DNA of 64,000 nucleotides from Torpedo marmorata (taxonomy: Eukaryota), in contig OZ360220.1 in assembly GCA_977017645.1 (NCBI GenBank), forward strand, positions 118,916,001 to 118,980,000. Reading direction: 5' to 3'. The position numbers were made by a program, and so were the translations under genes. This document shows, one piece after another, positions 1 through 13,198 of this stretch. Under the pieces are notes generated by a model. That model had not been told where the DNA came from and did no database searches. It was given only the letters and a program-made list of their open reading frames with translations. Numbering within the stretch: position 1 is the stretch's first letter; each line of letters starts with the position of its first letter.

Positions 1-399
1 TGGTTGAAGTTGCTATGCTCACATCCATGCTGGCCACTTGGAAACTGATTGGCTCTTACGGAACATTGTCCCTGGCAGTCATGGTCTGGTAGTGAGATTG
101 AGGGAAAACAGGGTGTTGTATAGGGGGAAGCACAACTCAAATGCGTGGCCATGAACCTGTCCTTTGACGTAACTCCATCTAAATTCCCTTCCCACTCCAC
201 TGTGATCGACCTCTGGCTTTTGGGATCTACAGGCTGATCAAAGGGCCAACAGTCACATCACTTCACACAAAGAGGTAGACAAGAAGTCTGCAGATGTTGG
301 ATAACTGGAGAAACACACAAAGTGTGAGAGAAACCCAACATGTCAGGTCATAAACCCTTCATCAGGAAGAGGTGTTGTTCCTCACACAAAGATTATGGT

Positions 400-896
400 T
401 GCTCATTACAGGAAGGATGTAGAAGCTCTAGAGAGGGTGCAGAGGAGATTTACCAGGATGTTGCCTGGATTGGAGATCATGTCTTCTGAAGCAAGATTGA
501 CCAAGCACGGGCTTTCTCTTTGCTCTGATGAAGGATGAGTGGTGTATAAAATTATGAGAGGTATGGACAGCCAGCACCGTTATCCCAGGTGATAATAGCA
601 AATACCAGAAATCATATGTTTAAGGTGAGTGGAGGAATGTTTTGAGGTGACGTCAGAGGTATGTTTTTACACAAAGTGGTGGGTGCCTGGAATGCATTGC
701 CGGGGTTGGTGGTGGAGGCTGGTACAATAGGGATATTTAAAACACGTACTCTTAGATAGGCATATGGATGTAAGCAAAATAGAGTGTATGGACTATGTGG
801 TTGGGAATGATTAGATTGATGTGGACTAGGTATATATAGGTTGGCACAGTATTGTAGGCCAAAGGGCCAGAACTGTGCTGTAAGGTTCTATGCTCT
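400..896 (+). mobile_element. CR1/HER1-like LINE, degraded 3' end
   Basis: Encodes HYRKDVEALERVQRRFTRMLPGL (CR1 ORF2 C-terminus). Followed by a typical 3' UTR ending ctgtgctgtaaggttctatgctcta. Confidence 0.85.
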
Positions 897-944
897 AAAG
901 ATGCATATTTATTTTAAATCATATATTTGTGTATTTATGTGATC

Positions 945-2565
945 ATCAGAATCAGAATTTATTTATTGTAATGAACAAGTCATGAAATTTGGTGTTTTGC
1001 GGCAGCATCATAGTGTAAACATTCATATTATAACCATCTTACGACATTAATATAAAAAAATATATAAATAATAGTGCACGAAAAGTAGGGCAGTGTCTTT
1101 GGTTCATTGATTATTCAGGAATCTGATGGCAGCGGGGAAGAAGCTGTCCTTGTGCCATTGAGTGCTCGTCTTTAGGCTCCTGTACCTTTTTCCCGATGGT
1201 AGCAGTGTGAAGAGGGCATGGCCTGGGTGGTGGGGGTCTTTGAGGATAGAGGCTGCTTTTTAAAGACACCGCCTCATGTAGATGTCCTCGATGGAGTGAA
1301 GTCTGGTGCCTGTGATGTCACAGGCCGAGTTAACAACCTTCTGGAGTTTACTCTTGTCCTGAGAGTTGGCACCTCCATACCAGGCAGTGATGCAACCAGC
1401 CAGAATGCTCTCCACGGTACACTTGTAGAGGTTTACGAGAGTCTTCGTTGACATACCGAATCTCCGCAGACACCTCACAAAGTATAGCCGCTGACGAGCC
1501 TGCTTTTTGTGATTGCATCAACGTGGATGCTCCAGGACAGATCCTCAGAGATGTTGACACCCAGGAATTTGAAGTTATTGACCCTCTCCACTACTGAGCA
1601 CTCGATGAGGACTGGGTCGTGTTCCCCTGACTTCCTCCTGAAGTCCACAATCTTTTCCTTGGTTTTGCTGACGTTGAGTGCAAGGTTGTTGTTGTTACAC
1701 CATTCAACGAGCTGATCTATCTCCCTCCTGTACGATTCCTCATTGCCGTTTGTGATTCTGCCGACAACTGTGGTGTCATCGGCAAACTTGTAGATGGCAT
1801 TGGAATTGTGCCTGGCCACACAGTCATGGGTGTATAACGAGTAGAGCAGAGGGCTAAGCACGTATCCTTGGGGTGCGCCCGTGTTGATAATCAGTGAGGA
1901 CGAGACGTTGTTTCCAATTCGTACTGACTGTGGTCTTCCGATGAGAAAGTCAAGGATCCAGTTGCAGAGGGGGGTACAGAGGCCTAGAGTTTGTAGCTGC
2001 TTGACCAGCACTGAGGAAATAATGGTATTGAAGGCCGAGCTGTAGTCGATGAAGAGTAGCCGTATGTATGGATTGCTGTTTTCAGGTGATCCAGAGCTGA
2101 GTGGAGAGCCAGCGATATTGCATCTGCTGTGGAGCGATTGTGACGATAGGCGAATTGCAGTGGGTCCAGATCTTTGCTTAGGTATGTGTTAATTCTGGCC
2201 ATGACCAGCCTCTCAAAGCATTTCATCACAGTAAAAGTTAGTGCTACTAGGCGGCAGTCGTTGAGGCAGCTCACACTACTCTTCATGGGTAGTGGGATGA
2301 TTGATGCCCTTTTGAAGCAGGTGTGAACCTCTGACTGCCGCAATGAGAGGTTGAAAATGTCCGTGAACACTCCGGCTAGTTGGTTGGCGCAGAGTTTCAG
2401 TACCCTGCCAGGTACGCCGTCAGGCCCTGACGCCTTGCGAGGGTTCACCCTCTTGAATGATGTTCTGACGTCGCCCTCAGAGACAGATATCACAGGGTCC
2501 TCAGCCTTTTCAGGGATTCTAGTAGTCACCGTTTGGTTCTTCTTCTCAAAGCGGTCATAGAAGGT
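945..2565 (-). mobile_element. Rex1/Babar LINE, 5'-truncated, frameshifted RT
   Basis: ORF pieces 1984-2529, 1475-2011 and 1260-1478 carry [26 protein letters not shown] and KFADD. A (TTCTGA)n tail lies at 945-957. Near-identical to 56648-59979. Confidence 0.93.
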
Positions 2566-2666
2566 ACTGTATATTGTGTGTATATGTGTTTGTGCACGAG
2601 GTCCGGGGAAATGCAGTTTTGTTGGGTTGTGCGTGTACAGTCAGGTGATAATAAACTTGAACTTGA
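2566..2666 (+). mobile_element. 3' UTR fragment of a Rex1-like LINE
   Basis: Ends gataataaacttgaacttga (AATAAA plus a short tandem tail). Confidence 0.55.
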
Positions 2667-2672
2667 GATGTA

Positions 2673-3340
2673 CATAGAACATAGAAATCCACAGCACAGT
2701 ACAGGCCCTTCTGTCCACAGTTTTGTGCCAACATAATAAACTAATCTACCGATTGCCAAGAATTTCCCTACTGTGTAACTCTCCCTTTTTCTCAGTTCCA
2801 CGTAGCTATCTAATCATCTCTTAAAATATCCTATTGTACCTGCCTCCATTATCATTGCCAGCAGTGCATTCCTCGCATCCACCACTCCCTGCATGAAGAA
2901 CTTACCTCTTATATCCCCCCACCCCATACTTACTCCCAAGCACCATAAAACTATGGCACCTCGTGAAAGCCACTTCAGTCCTGGAAAAAGCCTCTGGCTA
3001 TCTCCACGATCAATGCCTCTCATCATCTTAAAAACCTCTATCAGGTCACCCCTCATCCTCTGTCGCTCCAAGGAGAAAAGACCAAGTTACACTCAACCTA
3101 TCCTCATCAGGCACGCTCTCCAATCCAGGTAAATGAGGTGACCAGAACTGAACAAAATATTCCAAGTGGGGACTAACCAAGTCTTGCATAGCTGTAATAT
3201 TACCTCACGGTTCTTGAACTCAATCCCACAGTTAATGACAGGCAACACACAATATACCTGTGCAGCAGCTTTGAGTGTACTTTGGACACGGACCCCAAGA
3301 TCTCTCAGTTCATCCACACTACTCAGGATCCTTCCTTTAA
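2673..3340 (-). mobile_element. CR1-like LINE 3' fragment
   Basis: ORF pieces RDLGVRV and RMRGDLIEVFKMMRGIDR. catagaacatagaa tail on the + strand. Confidence 0.85.
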
Positions 3341-3552
3341 CATTGTCAGTAATACTGGGGAAAGCACTGCACAGTTATACCTGTCCTGCAGAAGTTGTCA
3401 GCAAAGCATCATTGTCCCATTGATGACCCTTTAATTCCCATCTCCTTGTCACAAACAGTCACTAATTAATGATGTTTGCCAGTTAATTTCTGATGGTCTC
3501 AGTGGTAATAGATGAGGTGCATTGGGCAAACATACTCAGGAAATCTAATTAA

Positions 3553-3693
3553 TACCTTGATGAAGGGCTCAGGCCCGAAACATTGGTTTTGTATCTTTAT
3601 CTTCGCTGCATATAGAGCGCTGCATGACTTGCTGAGTTCCTCCAGCATTTATGTGTAATCTACAATCACAGCGTCTGCAGATTTTCTTGTTTG
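3553..3693 (+). mobile_element. Penelope terminal repeat fragment with hammerhead-like motif
   Basis: ccttgatgaagggctcaggcccgaaac...tgctgagttcctccagca...gtctgcaga; matches the 3' end of the Penelope at 11972-13198. Confidence 0.75.
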
Positions 3694-3826
3694 ACAGGAA
3701 AATTAAGTGCCTGGTCCATTGTCCCACTTAATTTCCTTTGCAAATAATAGCTAACACAATCCAATGAGGACAAAACAGCTTACATGCACAAATTGGCATT
3801 TAAAATGTGTGCAGGTGGGCTCCATT

Positions 3827-6232
3827 TCAGAATCAAAATTTATTGACATGAACAAGTCATGAAATTCGGTGTTTTGCGGCAGCATCATAGTGCAATTAAC
3901 ATTCATATTATAACCATCTTACGACATTACTATAAAAAATTATAAATAATAGTGCACGAAAAGTAAGGCAGTGTCTTTGGTTCATTGATTATTCAGGAAT
4001 CTGATGGCAGTGGGGAAGAAGCTGTCCTTGTGCCGTTGAGTGCTCGTCTTTAGGCTCCTGTACCTTTTTCTTGATGGTAGCAGAGTGAAGAGGGCATGGC
4101 CTGGGTGGTGGGGGTCTTTGAGGATAGAGGCTGCTTTTTTAAGACACTGCCTCATGTAGGTGTCCTCGATGGAGTGAAGTTTGGTGCCTGTGATGTCACA
4201 GGCCGAGTTAACAACGCTCTGGAGTTTCCTCTTGTCCTGGGAGTTGGCGCCTCCATACCAGGCAGTGATGCAACCAGCCAGAATGCTCTCCACGGTACAC
4301 CTGTAGAAGTTTACGAGAGTCTTCGGTGACATACCGAATCTCCTCAGACACCTCACAAAGTATAGCCGCTGACGAGCCTTCTTTGTGATTGCATCAATGT
4401 GGAGGCTCCAGGACAGATCCTCGGAGATGTTGACACCCAGGTATTTGAAATTCTTTTTTTTTTATTTTTTTAAATATTTTATTTAAAATTTTTAAATCAC
4501 ACAATATACAGTTTAAAACGCAAATTTCTCAAATTATATGTGATACATTTTCACCCCCCCCTCCCTCCCACCCTCCCCTCCCTAACCCTCCCGAAAAGAA
4601 AGAAAGAAGAAGAAAAGGATAGAGTAAGGAGAATGTCAATCTAAAAAGAACAACTATAAACTGATCTTATTGTGGAGGATAGGCTTGCCAGCCAGACCCG
4701 ATGTCCAGAGATCTTCAAATCCTTAAACCCACAATTTTTATATATGGGCTCCATACTTCCAAAAAGAAATGATACTTATCACGTAAATTATATGTAATTT
4801 TTTCGAGTGGTATGCAAGAACGCAATTCTGCGTGCCATCTTTCCAACCCCAAATCTACATCCGACTTCCATGTAGTGGCAATACATTTCTTAGAAACGGC
4901 CAAAGCAACACGCAAAAACTCCATCTGGTACATATTCAATTTCACTCCAACACTGGTTCCTTCAATATCTCCAAACAAAAATATCATAGGATCCATTGGA
5001 AGTGTAGTTCCTAATACTTTATCTAAAAATGTTTTAACTTTCAACCAAAAATCATAAACTTTTGGACAAAACCATGCAGAATGTACAAAAGAACCTTTCT
5101 CTTTATTACATCTAAAACATAAACCAGATAATGTCGGATTAAATTTCTTTAGTCTTTTAGGTGTTAAATATAGTTGATGAAAAAAATTATATTGCACCAA
5201 TCCCTCTCTACTACTGAGCCCTCGATGAGGACTGGGTCGTGTTCCCCTGACTTCCTCTTGAAGTCCACAATCATCTCCTTGGTTTTGCTGACGTTGAGCT
5301 CAAGGCTGTTGTCATAGCACCATTCAATGAGCTGATCTATCTCCCTCCTGTACGCTTCCTCATTGCCGTTTGTGATTCTGCCGACAACTGTGGTGTCATC
5401 AGCAAACTTGTAGATGGCATTGGAATTGTGCCTGGCCACACAGTCATGGGTGTATAACGAGTGGAGCAGTGGACTAAGCACGCATCCTTGGGGTGCGCCT
5501 GTGTTGATAATCAGTGAGGAGGAGACATTGTTTCCAATTTGTGCTGACTCTGGTCTTCCGATGAGAAAGTCAAGGATCCAGTTGCAGAGTGGGGTACAGA
5601 GGCCTAGAGTTTTTAGCTTCTTGACCAGCACTGAGGGAATAATGGTATTGAAGGCCGAGCTGTAGTCGATGAATTGCTGTTTTCGAGGTGATCCAGAGCT
5701 GAGTGGAGAGCCAGCGATATTGCATCTGCTGTGGAGCGATTATGACGATAGGCGAATTGCAGTGGGTCCAGATCTTTGCTTAGGTACGTGTTAATTCTGG
5801 CCATGACCAGCCTCTCAAAGCATTTCATCACAGTAGAAATTAGTGCTACTGGGCGGTAGTTGTTGAGGCAGCCCAAACTACTCTTCTTGGGTACCGGGAT
5901 GATTGATGCCCTTTTGAAGCAGGTAGGAACCTCTGACTGCCGCAATGAGTGGTTGAAAATGTCCGTGAACACTCCGGCTAGTTGGTTGGCACAGATTTTC
6001 AGTACCCTGCCAGGTACGCTGGTAGGGCCTGACGCCTTGCGAGGGTTCACCCTCTTGAATGATGTTCTCACGTCGCCCTCAGAGACAGATATCACAGGGT
6101 CCTCAGCCTTTTCAGGGATTCTAGTAGGCACTGTTTGGTTCTTCTTCTCAAAGCGGGCATAGAAGGTGTTCAGCTCATCGGGTAGTGAAGCATCACAGCC
6201 ATCTATAGTGTTCGCCCTCGCTTTGTAGGCTG
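3827..6232 (-). mobile_element. Rex1/Babar LINE, 5'-truncated, interrupted by L1
   Basis: ORFs 5613-6266, 5164-5631 and 3982-4356 give RT motifs of the same family as 945-2565. The sequence resumes in register after 5200. Confidence 0.92.
4455..5200 (-). mobile_element. L1-clade LINE 3' fragment nested in Rex1
   Basis: ORF 4715-5200 has the L1 ORF2 C-terminal cysteine domain (CFRC..EKGSFVHSAWFCP). G-rich 3' UTR and poly(A), seen as a T-run at 4454-4470. Confidence 0.88.
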
Positions 6233-6714
6233 TATTGTAGGCTGCATTTGGAGGTATTGTGGCCAATGGAAGATATCAGGGCAACAAGTTATCTATTTCT
6301 GTGTTGCCTTTAAAGAGGTCATCAAGATGTGACTCCCCTCTCTTTTTTGTGGAGTCAGCAGTTTCCACTGTGTTTGGCTGAGACTGAAGTCTGCAGCTTG
6401 CTCCCTCACTGCATGGCTTCAGGTGTGAGTGCTGAGCATCATCAGCACTTTGCTTGAGGCAAGTCATATCACCATTGTCGATTTAATGTGAAACATGTTT
6501 CCCTAATTTAGTTTGCAACCAAGCAGAAGTATGAGATTAACTCAAAATTCTGCTTTTCACTTGTCCATCGTATCTGGTACATTAATGTAGAAATTTATAC
6601 AATGGCTATGGCATCGTAATTATAATTTGCCTGTGGCTTGTCAAATATTCTGAATTAAAGTAAAATAGTGCAGACAGTGAAGTTCTGAAATGAAAATAGA
6701 ATATCTGCAGGTCA

Positions 6715-7115
6715 GATGCAACTTCTGCAGAAGCATCATCGAAAGCACACTTGCTGGATGCATCACAGTGTTGTACAGGAGTTGCTCAGTTCACAGTCAG
6801 AAGAAACAGCAGCTCAGAACATCACGCAAAGTCCCCTCCCACTCTTTGGAATCCACACCTGCCGCTGCCTTGGAAAGGCAGCCAACATATTGAATGGCAG
6901 ATTGCAACCTGGACACACTCTCCTCTCCCTCCTCCCATTGTGTGTGAAAGCATGAACCAACAGGCTAAAAGACAGTTTCTTCCACCACAGCTGAATGAAC
7001 TCCATAACAGTGCTCTTGTGCTGCCATTGCTTGGCGTTAATTTCATTGCAATTCTACGCTCAGTAATTGTACTCTTTACATGGTTGTTCCTTCTGAGTAT
7101 CAGAATAACACTGTG
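6715..7115 (+). mobile_element. old Rex1-like LINE 3' fragment
   Basis: NFCRSIIESTLAGCITVLY and CLGKAANIL...PGHTLLSLLP motifs. Confidence 0.7.
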
Positions 7116-10100
7116 ATGCTTGGGAGATAAGGAATATGTGAGGTTTGTTGTCTAGATTTACAGAATACCTTACCAAAGGAAAGGAAGTTCTGATGTTAGC
7201 TCAGTTGCCTTAGGAGTTGACGAGGAATTTCTCATAGCTTGACAAGAATTTGGCTGCATTTTCCTGCTTCCACCAGAATTAGAGTTCCCAGTGTTCTGTG
7301 CATAGAGTTATATTATCTAATGAATACATATGGCTTGTTGTTCCTTTGTCACCTTTTTGTGATTCAGGATTCAATTGGGATGGTGATGTTTGACCTTGTT
7401 TTCCAGATTCCGCAGGATAATTTGTCTTTTTCTGTGCCTCCTGTAAAGATTTCACAATTTATCTGACGGTGGAAAGTAATTGCAGGATTTAATTTGAAAT
7501 CTTAGCTACAAAAGTGATTACAGTTTCTCTTTAGGTAATTTTCATGGGACAGTGCATCTAATAATGAACTCTCTGGGGCATGAGGTAAGGAAATTCATCA
7601 CTGTTGTCAGTAGTGGTGAATAATAATAAACAATGCATTAATTTTTCAGCATTGTAATTGTAAAGTTGCTCCAAAACATGATATTTTGTCTTAATGGGAG
7701 TGTTGAATGGAACAATACAATCCAGTCCAGCAACTGTAGCTTGTCCTTGTGTTGAAGCATCGATGTGCAAATATGTCCCAGAGTGATCCATGGAAGCACT
7801 AAAAGCAAATGCTTTGTCAAGATGGTGAGTTTTAAGGAAGGATTCAAGAAGAAAGAGAAGCATGTGATCAGTATAGATTAAGGAGTGAATTCCAGAACTA
7901 AGGGTCCTCACAGCTGAGATATGGTCGCCAATGGTTGAGCAATTAAGATCAAGGATGGTCAATCAGCCAGATTTTAAGGAGAGGCTATTTAATATTAGAG
8001 ATTGAGATCAACCAAGCTACAACTTTGAAGGCAAACAATGAAAGTTTGAAAATTGAGTTGTCAAGAAGGCATGATCAGCAAGACTAGTACGTTTGGATGA
8101 AAGGAATCTGGTTCAAATTAGGACATGTGCCATGCAAAGTATACAGATGGAAAAAAAGAGCGAGTATATCAGAATAGTGAGAACTTGATGAAATAAAAAG
8201 ATGAGAAATGTTTGAAGTGGATGATCTGAGTCAGGAATGAAATCTCACATTATTTTAGGGTGGAAATGAGTGGCCCTGGAGATTTGGAATTCTCTTCCTC
8301 AAAGGGTATTGAAAACAGAGCCTGAATATTTTTAAGGTTGAAATCAGTGGATTCTTGACAAGCAAGCGGGTTAATTGAGATAGATGAGGATGCGGACTTG
8401 AAATTACAAATGAATCAGCTGTGATATTATTAAATGGTGGGTAAATTTGAGGTGGCCTTCTCCGGCTCCTGTCTGATAAGTTTATCACGAAGAAAAACAC
8501 GAAAGTCTGCAGACACCGTGGTTGAAGTAACAACACAATGCTGGAGAAACTCAGCAGGTCATTGTGTTTTTACTGATATGTTTATCACCCCTCGAGTCAG
8601 AGTTTCAAACTACAGACAGTGGTTACATCCACCTCCACAAAGTTGTGTGATATATCAGTCAATACTGGTGGTTTGTGCTGTTCCACCTTGCCTTTCTGGC
8701 TACAGGCTATGTTTTATTCATACCAAATTAGCAAGATACCAAACTATTCTCCCTGATTTTCATGTATCTGTGTATCTTCATTACATTTCCTTTTTGGCCA
8801 ATGTTCAGGTTGCACATTTGGATGGGCATTAATTGGGTTTTACAATTGGTGTCGAAGAATACATCAGAATAGTACAAGCTGCAGTCTCAATGTACATGTC
8901 ATTCAAACAGATTTCTGACATTCAGTTGTGTGACATTAGTTGATGATGATTTTCATTTGCATCTCAACCTGGTTAAGTATTGTCAATGAGTTATGAAGCA
9001 ACACAACACAGAAATGGGCCCTACAGCCCACTGAATCCATGCCAACTGTGGTGAGATCCAGTTTAGTGTTGTGGCATGAATACAATTTTGTCCCAGGGAT
9101 GACCACTGATTGTCACTTCAAGGATGGGTTGGTCTGAATTATATCCATCATACCTCAACAGAGTACTCCATCCCTGAGGGCAGAACCAATGCATCTCCTG
9201 GAACTGAACCCTGATGTGGGTTTTGCAAGGAATTCTGCAAATCTCCCATTGTTACACTGGGGTGCTTGTTTAAAAAAAAAAAAGACAAAGGCCAAGAGAA
9301 TTCCAACAGAAATTACACGAGCTTGTCTCAGTCTGTTCATTTGTTCATTCATTGGAATGGTTTGTTGTCACATATACCGAGATACAGTGAAAAACTTTGT
9401 TTTGCATGCTCTCCAGGCAAGTCAACCTCCACAAAGTGCCGTGGGTAGTGCAAGAATAAAAACATAGCGTTTCAGTAAAACAAAAATGCAAGATCTAGTG
9501 TCAAAGAGAAAAGTACAAGGCATCATCTCATACAAATGGAGGTCCATTCAAGTCTGATAAGAAAGAAATAAACTGTCCTTCACATAAGCCACTAAATTGA
9601 TTTCCCTGACCCTGGTCATTGCCTGGGCTTGAGCCAATGTGCTTGCAACTGTATCATCCACTTTGACCCAGAGTTGATTAATTAACCTTGGCACACTATT
9701 ATTTGGACAACTTACCACCACCATCTCCACTGAATCTCTCATCTCATTGCTTGAGATAGCTCATCAAGTGCTAGAGAAATTATTCACACTGTTGCTCTTT
9801 CCATAGTCAAATACTCTGGTGATACTTTAGTCAGTCTTATAGTCTCTGTAAACCTCAGCTTGGATAAAGTGTGAAACATTTAATTTTGAATTGAGTATTG
9901 GTGCCATCTACATCCAAAATCATCCCATACTTTTTATCAAGCCACAAGCTTTTGGGGAACAAAATTCCAAACATATTCAACTTCCCAAGAGAAGAAATAA
10001 CTTATTCCCATCATATAAAATTGGCTGTCTATTATTTCAAGACAATGCCCCCAGCTCTAAATTCTCGTATTGGGGGAAATATCTTCACAACATTCACACT

Positions 10101-11971
10101 GTCAAGTCCCCTTGAAATCTCAGGTTCAAAAAGAGAATTTCTCATTCTTCTAAATTCCAGAGTATAGCCTCAACCATTGAGTAATTCGGTGATTCTGTGA
10201 CTCATTCTTCAAAAATGAACACTTTTCCTCTAACACTACGACTCTTTAACTATAAAAATAGACCCTTTCTTCTTAAGAATCAATCGGATGAATTTTCCCT
10301 GCTCTGACACCAAAGCATGTATATCTTTCAAATAAAATGCCTCTGTGGAGTACATCCGGGTAAGATCTCACCATAGCCCTGTACAGTTGCAACAAAACTT
10401 CCCTTGTTTTACAGTATATCCATCCATCTTGCAATAAAGCCCACCATTACATTTCCAAAACCTAAGGTGTCTTCGCTCGGTCCCAAGGATCTCACCTATT
10501 TGGAATTTTCTTTCCCTAAAACTTGAGCTTGAGTATTCACTGGCCCAACAGATCCCATGATCTTTTGCTTTGCCTGACGTTGCCTATATCCACCATATTT
10601 GGATTTTTTGTTTAATTTTTTTCAGTATCTTCAATATTTTCTTCTCTTCCACCATCTGCATTTGTGAACTTTTCAAGGTGTTTTGAGTCTCTGTCTGGAA
10701 CCTGCATTTTCACAACATGGACATGAGAAACTTACAGAGAATGGAATAAATTTTAATGCCAACCTGGCACATCAGTGATGATATGGAATAATAAGATGTT
10801 GAGATCAATCTTCTACTGTGAGGCAGAATGTAGTAAGGTTATGACTTTTACATTCACTGTTTAATCTTTCTGAACAGTGCTCCATTTGTGTTCAGTCATC
10901 TTGAGGGACCACATCAGGCTGGTAGATAACCCTCAAGCAACCTCATTTATTCTCGTTCTCTGCCACAAATCCTGTGACCCTGAGTGTTCCTCGGAGATTG
11001 TTTTTCCAAGCACTGCAGGGGTAGCTTTGCATCAAACCTCTGGTGACATGGGATAGAGAATAGTTGACAATGTGCTTTTTTCATTGTTGTAACAGCACCT
11101 GTTTTAACATACCCAAGGCCACAAACTATGTCCCGATCCTGAGAGTGATTTTGTTTCCTGAATTTCATCTGAAAGGAAAGGCTATATAATCCCGATACGT
11201 AGATATTAATCATTCTTTTATTGAAATAACCAGGGGATAAGTTTGGACTGCCAGAAATCCTTAATTAAAGCCAGTTAAAACAGATTGCTTCCAATATTGA
11301 TGTGATGCCTGAGGCAGAGATCGTTCAAACCTGACATTTTGAAAACAGGGGATCTGAACAACCATCACTTGTTTGCTCTTTGCCAAGTTCCTTGCAGAAG
11401 AAACATGACTACTCTGGTGAGCCATGTGAATTAAATCCTTGTATTTCTGCAAATAATTACTATTAATGGGTAATATTAACTGCATGCATGAGAACCTGAT
11501 TTGCTTGCCTGTCAAACATTCCACAAAAATTTCAAACGTCCAATTAATAATACGTTTTGACTTTCAAATCAGTTTATAATTGCAAATCGTTTCATGTTTT
11601 TTCAATCATCCTTGAGGCTACAAAACAAATGTGAAGTGATCAGCTTGCAAAGAAACCTTGCCAATCTAAATTTAATTCAGAAATAATTAATCATGTATAA
11701 TTTGTATGAACTTGACTGCAGCATGGAAATTACATTTTTTGTTGAAGCGTTTTTTCTTTGCTTGTTCTTCAGTTCTTTCTATTTGTTCTGTGATTAATTG
11801 TGAGGTTTTTCAGTGTGACTCGGGTGTGTACTTTTTCTCTCTCTTTATGTTCACTGTTTAATCTGTTTGAACAGTGCTTTATCTGTATTGAACCATCTTG
11901 AGATACCAGATTAGGTTGGTGGAAAGTCCTGAAGAAAATTTATTTCTTCCCGTTCCCTATTCTCATTCTCA

Positions 11972-13198
11972 ATGCCTGCCTTTTTGTTGGCTTTGTGGAG
12001 CAATCCATGCTGCAAGCCAACACAGGCAAGGCTCCTCAACTATTCCTCTGCTACATTGCTACCTCATGCACCCATGATGAGCTTGTTAATTTTATTCACT
12101 TTGCTTCTTTCACCCCAACCTCAAATTCACTTGGTTCATCTCCGGCGACACTCTCCCCACCAACCCCCACCCCCCTCCCCCTCCTTTCTTCATTTCTCGG
12201 ACTCCATCACGGGAGACAAACTTTCTGCAGACATTTGTTTCAAACCTACCAACTCCCATAACTACCTCGACTACACCTCTTCACACCCAGTTCCCTGTAA
12301 GGATTCTATTCCTTTTTCTCAATTCCTCCATCTCCGTTGAATCTGCTCCCAAGATGAGGTCTTCTAGTCTAGATCATCCGAGATATCCTCCTTCTTCAAA
12401 AAAGCATGGCTTCCCCTCTACCACAATCAACTCAGTCCTTACCCACATCTCCTCCATTTCCCACACATCTGCCTTGGCCCACTCTGCCCCTAGAAGCAAC
12501 AAAAAACAAAATTCCCCTTGTCCTCACCTACCACCCATCAGCCTCCTCATCCAACACATTCTCCTCTGCAATTTCCGTTGCCTACAACATGATCCCACCA
12601 CCAGACGTATCTTCCCCTCTCCTCCCCTCTCCGCTTTCCGTAGGGACCGCTCCCTCCACGACTCACTTGTCAACTCATCCCTTCCCAGTAATCGCACCCT
12701 TGGCACCTTCCCCGTGACCACAGGAAGTGCCACACTTGTGCCCACGCCTCCATGGCCTCTTGAACACCTAAAATTCCACCTGGGCACTCTCCAACAAGAT
12801 GGCATTAACATCGACTTCTCCAGTTTCTACTAGACCACATTCTCCCTGTCTTCCCTACTCCCCTGTCTCCTTTCCTCCAGCTGTCCAACCCCTTCTCTGT
12901 CCATTCACAGAGCCATCCCCCTCTCCCTGTTTGCTGTTGTGCCCTCCCTCCCTTATCCACCTATTACCTCCTGCCTGTGGGACGGTGCTCCACCCCCTGT
13001 CACCCCCTCCCCCCCCTCCACCATTTTATTCAAGTGCCTGCCTACATTTTGCTCATACCTTGATGAAGGGCTCAAGCCCGAAACGTTGGTTATGTATCTT
13101 TATCTTTGCTATATAAAGTACGCTGTTTGACCTGCTGAGTTTCTCCAGCATTGTGTTTTTACTTCACTCACAGAGTCTGCCGACTTTCATGTTTTACT
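11972..13198 (+). mobile_element. Penelope-like retroelement, 5'-truncated, GIY-YIG region largely deleted
   Basis: KPTNSHNYLDYTSSHPVPCKDSIPFSQFLHLR, KIPLVLTYHP and FHLGTLQQDGINIDFSSF* motifs. Then a C/T-rich UTR and a terminal repeat with a hammerhead-like motif. Confidence 0.85.
13054..13094 (+). ncRNA. putative minimal type-I hammerhead ribozyme (Penelope-associated, U3 variant)
   Basis: catacc-TTGATGA-a-GGGC(tcaa)GCCC-GAAAC-GTT-ggttatg gives stem I, core, stem II and GAAA, with palindromic ACGT in place of stem III. Activity is not shown. Confidence 0.6.
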
